From the NCBI GenBank assembly GCA_943371215.1, contig CALRUA020000003.1, positions 160,456 through 224,455 on the forward strand: a stretch of DNA of 64,000 nucleotides. The letters are read 5' to 3'. Below are positions 57,545 to 64,000 of this stretch, in pieces (the stretch's first letter is position 1; every line of letters begins with the position of its first letter). The stretch comes from Cyanobium sp. NIES-981 (GTDB lineage Bacteria; Cyanobacteriota; Cyanobacteriia; PCC-6307; Cyanobiaceae). Under the pieces are notes generated by a model. It worked only from the letters and a program-made list of their open reading frames with translations, did not search any database and was not told where the DNA came from. Made by a program: the position numbers and the translations under genes.

Positions 57545-58282
57545 TCAGCCCAGCCAGTGGGCCAGGCCCGTGCGGGCAAAGGCGGTGGCCCCCGCGCCGA
57601 TGAAGCGGTGGGCCCACCAGAACACCCCCACGGCAATGGCAATGCCCAGTTGTGCCGGCCGCAGGAATTCGCTCAGCACCAGGGTCTGGCGTCCATCCAG
57701 AACGGCTTGGAAGGGCAGCACCGAGGTGCTCGCCCGCAGCTCTTCAAAGGCGGCGCCGAAGCGATGGGCCAGCCGCCGGTCGCCGTTCCACACCGCGAAC
57801 AGGTGGTGGGCAATCAGGCCGATGCAGGTGGCCACCATGAAGCTGCTGCCGATCCAGAGCAGGTGGGTGGCGCACCAGAGGATCTGGCCAACGGCCTGGG
57901 GGTGGCGGCTGATGCGGATGATCCCCGTGGCGTAGAGCCGCACCTGGGGTTTCAGCACCGCCGGGATCTCCAGCAGGTTGTAGGTGGCTGGGTAGAGAAA
58001 CAGAAAGCTGATGGCCGTGCCGGTCCAGACCACCGGCACGATCCAAGGCTGGTCCTGCAGGTTCCAGAGCCGGATGCCGTCGTAGCGATGGGCCAGGAAG
58101 TAGCCGATCACCACCACGGCCGAGGGAATGCTCACGGTGGCGAACAGCAGCCGCCACGCCCGTTCGCCGATGTGCTTCGCCCCCCAGGCGCGCAGGGAGG
58201 CACCTCCGCTGTGGATCACGGCGAAGGCCAGCAGCAGGCCGAGCATCACCCAGCTGCTGTGGTGAGGGTCTGGAACGGGCAT
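57545..58282 (-). CDS. NnrU-family membrane protein (15-cis-zeta-carotene isomerase Z-ISO-like)
   Basis: About 5-6 TM helices, with '[24 protein letters not shown]' matching the NnrU 'TRHP' block. Confidence 0.78.
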   Translation of the reverse strand: MPVPDPHHSSWVMLGLLLAFAVIHSGGASLRAWGAKHIGERAWRLLFATVSIPSAVVVIGYFLAHRYDGIRLWNLQDQPWIVPVVWTGTAISFLFLYPATYNLLEIPAVLKPQVRLYATGIIRISRHPQAVGQILWCATHLLWIGSSFMVATCIGLIAHHLFAVWNGDRRLAHRFGAAFEELRASTSVLPFQAVLDGRQTLVLSEFLRPAQLGIAIAVGVFWWAHRFIGAGATAFARTGLAHWLG

Positions 58283-58341
58283 GCCAGGGCGCAGGGAGCT
58301 CGATTGTGGCGAAACGGCCTCCGCCCCGAGGCTTCGCCTGC

Positions 58342-58392
58342 GGGTTCCCCCTACAGTTCAGGGCCCCAGCCGGCGAGCGCCCTCGGGAACCC
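58342..58392 (+). promoter_or_regulatory. Nested inverted repeat (GGGTTCCC...AGGGC...GCCCT...GGGAACCC) ending 2 nt before the rbcR ATG
   Basis: Read directly. Outer 8-bp arms lie at 58342-58349 and 58385-58392. Inner 5-bp arms lie at 58360-58364 and 58379-58383. Confidence 0.3.
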
Positions 58393-58394
58393 CC

Positions 58395-59387
58395 ATGGCC
58401 GACCTGCCGTTCACCCTCGACCAGCTGCGCATCCTGCGGGCCATCGCCAGTGAAGGCAGCTTCAAGAAAGCTGCCGACAGCCTTTATGTGACGCAGCCGG
58501 CGGTGAGCCTGCAGATCCAGAACCTGGAGAAGCAGTTGGATGTGTCCCTGTTCGACCGTGGCGGGCGCAAGGCCCAGCTCACGGAGGCCGGACACCTGCT
58601 GCTCAGCTATTGCGATCGGATCCTGAGCCAGTGCCAGGAGGCCTGCCGCGCTCTCGACGATCTGCACAATCTCCGGGGCGGCTCACTGATCGTGGGCGCC
58701 AGTCAGACCACCGGCACCTACTTGATGCCTCGGATGATCGGCCTGTTCCGGCAGAAATATCCGGATGTGGCCGTGCAGCTGCAGGTGCACAGCACCCGCC
58801 GCACGGGTTGGAGCGTGGCCAACGGGCAGATCGATCTCGCGATCATTGGCGGCGAGCTGCCCGGCGAGCTCAATGAGCTGCTCCAGGTGGTGCCCTACGC
58901 CAGTGATGAACTGGCCTTGGTGTTGCCCACCAAGCACCCCCTCGCCCGCTTGCCTGAACTCAGCAAGGACGATCTCTACCGCCTGGGCTTCGTGTGCCTG
59001 GATGCCCAGTCCACCACCCGCAAGATGGTGGACCAACTGCTAGCCCGCTCCGGCCTGGATGTGGCCCGGCTCAAGATTGAGATGGAGCTCAATTCCTTCG
59101 AGGCCATTAAAAATGCCGTTCAGAGCGGCCTTGGGGCGGCCTTCTTGCCGGTGGTGTCGATTGAGCGGGAGCTCGCGGCCGGCAGCTTGCATCGCCCCGC
59201 CCTCGCCGATCTCTTGGTGCGGCGGCAGCTCAAGTTGATCACCCATCCGGCGCGCTACTGCTCCAGGGCGGCCGATGCCTTCCGGCGAGAGGTGCTGCCG
59301 GTGTTTGCCAGTGCGGATAGTCCCCTGCGCCGGCCCCTCCAGCAGGCTGCGGTGGCCAACCCAGATGAGGCGTCGGCCACGGCCTGA
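58395..59387 (+). CDS. rbcR: LysR-family transcriptional regulator, RbcR/Ycf30 (CbbR) type
   Basis: '[43 protein letters not shown]', followed by a LysR substrate-binding domain. Start at ATG 58395. Confidence 0.85.
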   Translation: MADLPFTLDQLRILRAIASEGSFKKAADSLYVTQPAVSLQIQNLEKQLDVSLFDRGGRKAQLTEAGHLLLSYCDRILSQCQEACRALDDLHNLRGGSLIVGASQTTGTYLMPRMIGLFRQKYPDVAVQLQVHSTRRTGWSVANGQIDLAIIGGELPGELNELLQVVPYASDELALVLPTKHPLARLPELSKDDLYRLGFVCLDAQSTTRKMVDQLLARSGLDVARLKIEMELNSFEAIKNAVQSGLGAAFLPVVSIERELAAGSLHRPALADLLVRRQLKLITHPARYCSRAADAFRREVLPVFASADSPLRRPLQQAAVANPDEASATA

Positions 59388-59429
59388 GAGTCGTCGGCCA
59401 CTGCCTGAGAGGCGTCGGCCACGGCCTCA
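59367..59429. repeat. 3 x 21-nt tandem repeat GAG[G/T]CGTCGGCCAC[G/T]GCCT[G/C]A spanning the rbcR stop
   Basis: The copies lie at 59367-59387, 59388-59408 and 59409-59429. Copies 1 and 2 end in an in-frame TGA. Copy 3 ends in TCA. Confidence 0.9.
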
Positions 59430-59440
59430 ACAGGCCAGGT

Positions 59441-60093
59441 TCAGAAGGTGTCCGCTTCTGGCGTGATGCCCACGGTGTCGTCCGCAACGCCTTTGGTGAC
59501 GAACTTGTTCTCGGTGATATCGGTCTGGTAGACGCAGCGCACGATCGGCTTGTCCTTCACCGAGCCGATATAGGCGAAGGTGTTCATGCGCTGCTTGCAC
59601 TGGCGCATCTGCTCGGCCGTCACGGCCCCCTCTTTCTGCAGCACGCTCCAGTTTTCCCGGCGGATCACACAGCCGGGCTTGAGGGAGGGCTGGGTCACGA
59701 AGCTGGAGCTGGGGTTCATCGTGGTGTACAGCTCGATGTCCATCACGAAGGCGCTGGCCCCCCACTGGCGGCAGAACTCCGGGTCGGGCACAGCCATGTC
59801 CAGCTGCTGAGAGCTGGCGATGTTCCCCTGGTTGCCCTGGGTGGTGCTGGAGATGCCGGTGCCGATGCCGATGCCCACCACCATCACACCCGCCAACACG
59901 GCGATTGTGGCCACGTTGAACTGAAAGCCGCCACCACCCGGGCCACCGCCTTGATTTCCACCCGGGCCACCCCCTTGGCCGCCGTTGCGGGAGGGCGGGC
60001 GCCGGGCGCCTCGCTCGTCCCGGTAGCCGTAGGCGTCGTCGGCGTAGCCGCGGTAGTCGTCGGCTGGGTTGCTGCGGCCGTAGCGGGAGCGGG

Positions 60094-60097
<4 letters not shown>
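59441..60097 (-). CDS. DUF3172-like membrane-anchored protein
   Basis: Gly/Gln-rich N-terminus, one TM helix ('[18 protein letters not shown]'), and a Cys-containing C-terminal domain ('[15 protein letters not shown]', '[11 protein letters not shown]', '[14 protein letters not shown]'). The family name is from memory. Confidence 0.6.

Positions 60098-64000
<3,903 letters not shown>

Noticed and set aside
59930-60010. Gly-rich N-terminus of the DUF3172-like protein ('[21 protein letters not shown]') as a second rSAM substrate
   Set aside because: Its Gly/Gln/Pro composition is irregular and lacks aromatic-x-Asn phasing. It is followed by a TM helix and a folded Cys-containing domain, and no maturase is adjacent.

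Overview
This is a high-GC picocyanobacterial chromosome segment, Synechococcus/Cyanobium-like. That assignment rests on the gene content: NDH-1 genes (ndhH, ndhA-I-G-E, ndhD-F, ndhM), chlM, pds, phylloquinone men genes and an rbcR/ycf30-type LysR regulator. I call about 70 tightly packed genes, mostly housekeeping. Many are joined by 1- or 4-nt stop/start overlaps (TGATG/ATGA), and several convergent pairs overlap at their 3' ends. High GC produces many long antisense shadow ORFs, which I reject. The main finding is a three-gene cassette at 10566-13141, between nadC and argS. It encodes an orphan family-3 solute-binding-like protein, a signal-peptide-bearing 132-aa protein and a translationally coupled radical SAM enzyme. 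The 132-aa protein ends in nine exactly 5-residue-spaced aromatic-x-Asn-Gly-Gly units (W/F-x-N-G-G). The radical SAM enzyme has a Cys-rich SPASM/twitch-like C-terminus. The layout is RiPP-like, and from memory it matches the cyanobacterial 'GRRM' neighbourhood. It lacks a leader-recognition domain, a protease and an exporter, has no Cys in the substrate, and looks lower in GC than its flanks. Other points worth a second look:
- the prfB +1 programmed frameshift
- a permease whose conserved-looking N-terminus lies upstream of any ATG/GTG/TTG, abutting a low-GC NTF2-like gene
- a 3 x 21-nt tandem repeat that reiterates the rbcR stop codon
- a nested hairpin ending 2 nt before the rbcR ATG
- a low-GC Cache-type hybrid histidine kinase fused by ATGA to pds, where crtB would be expected
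- two DgkA-family paralogs
- an NnrU (Z-ISO-like) gene near pds
I found no tRNA, rRNA, CRISPR array or mobile element.
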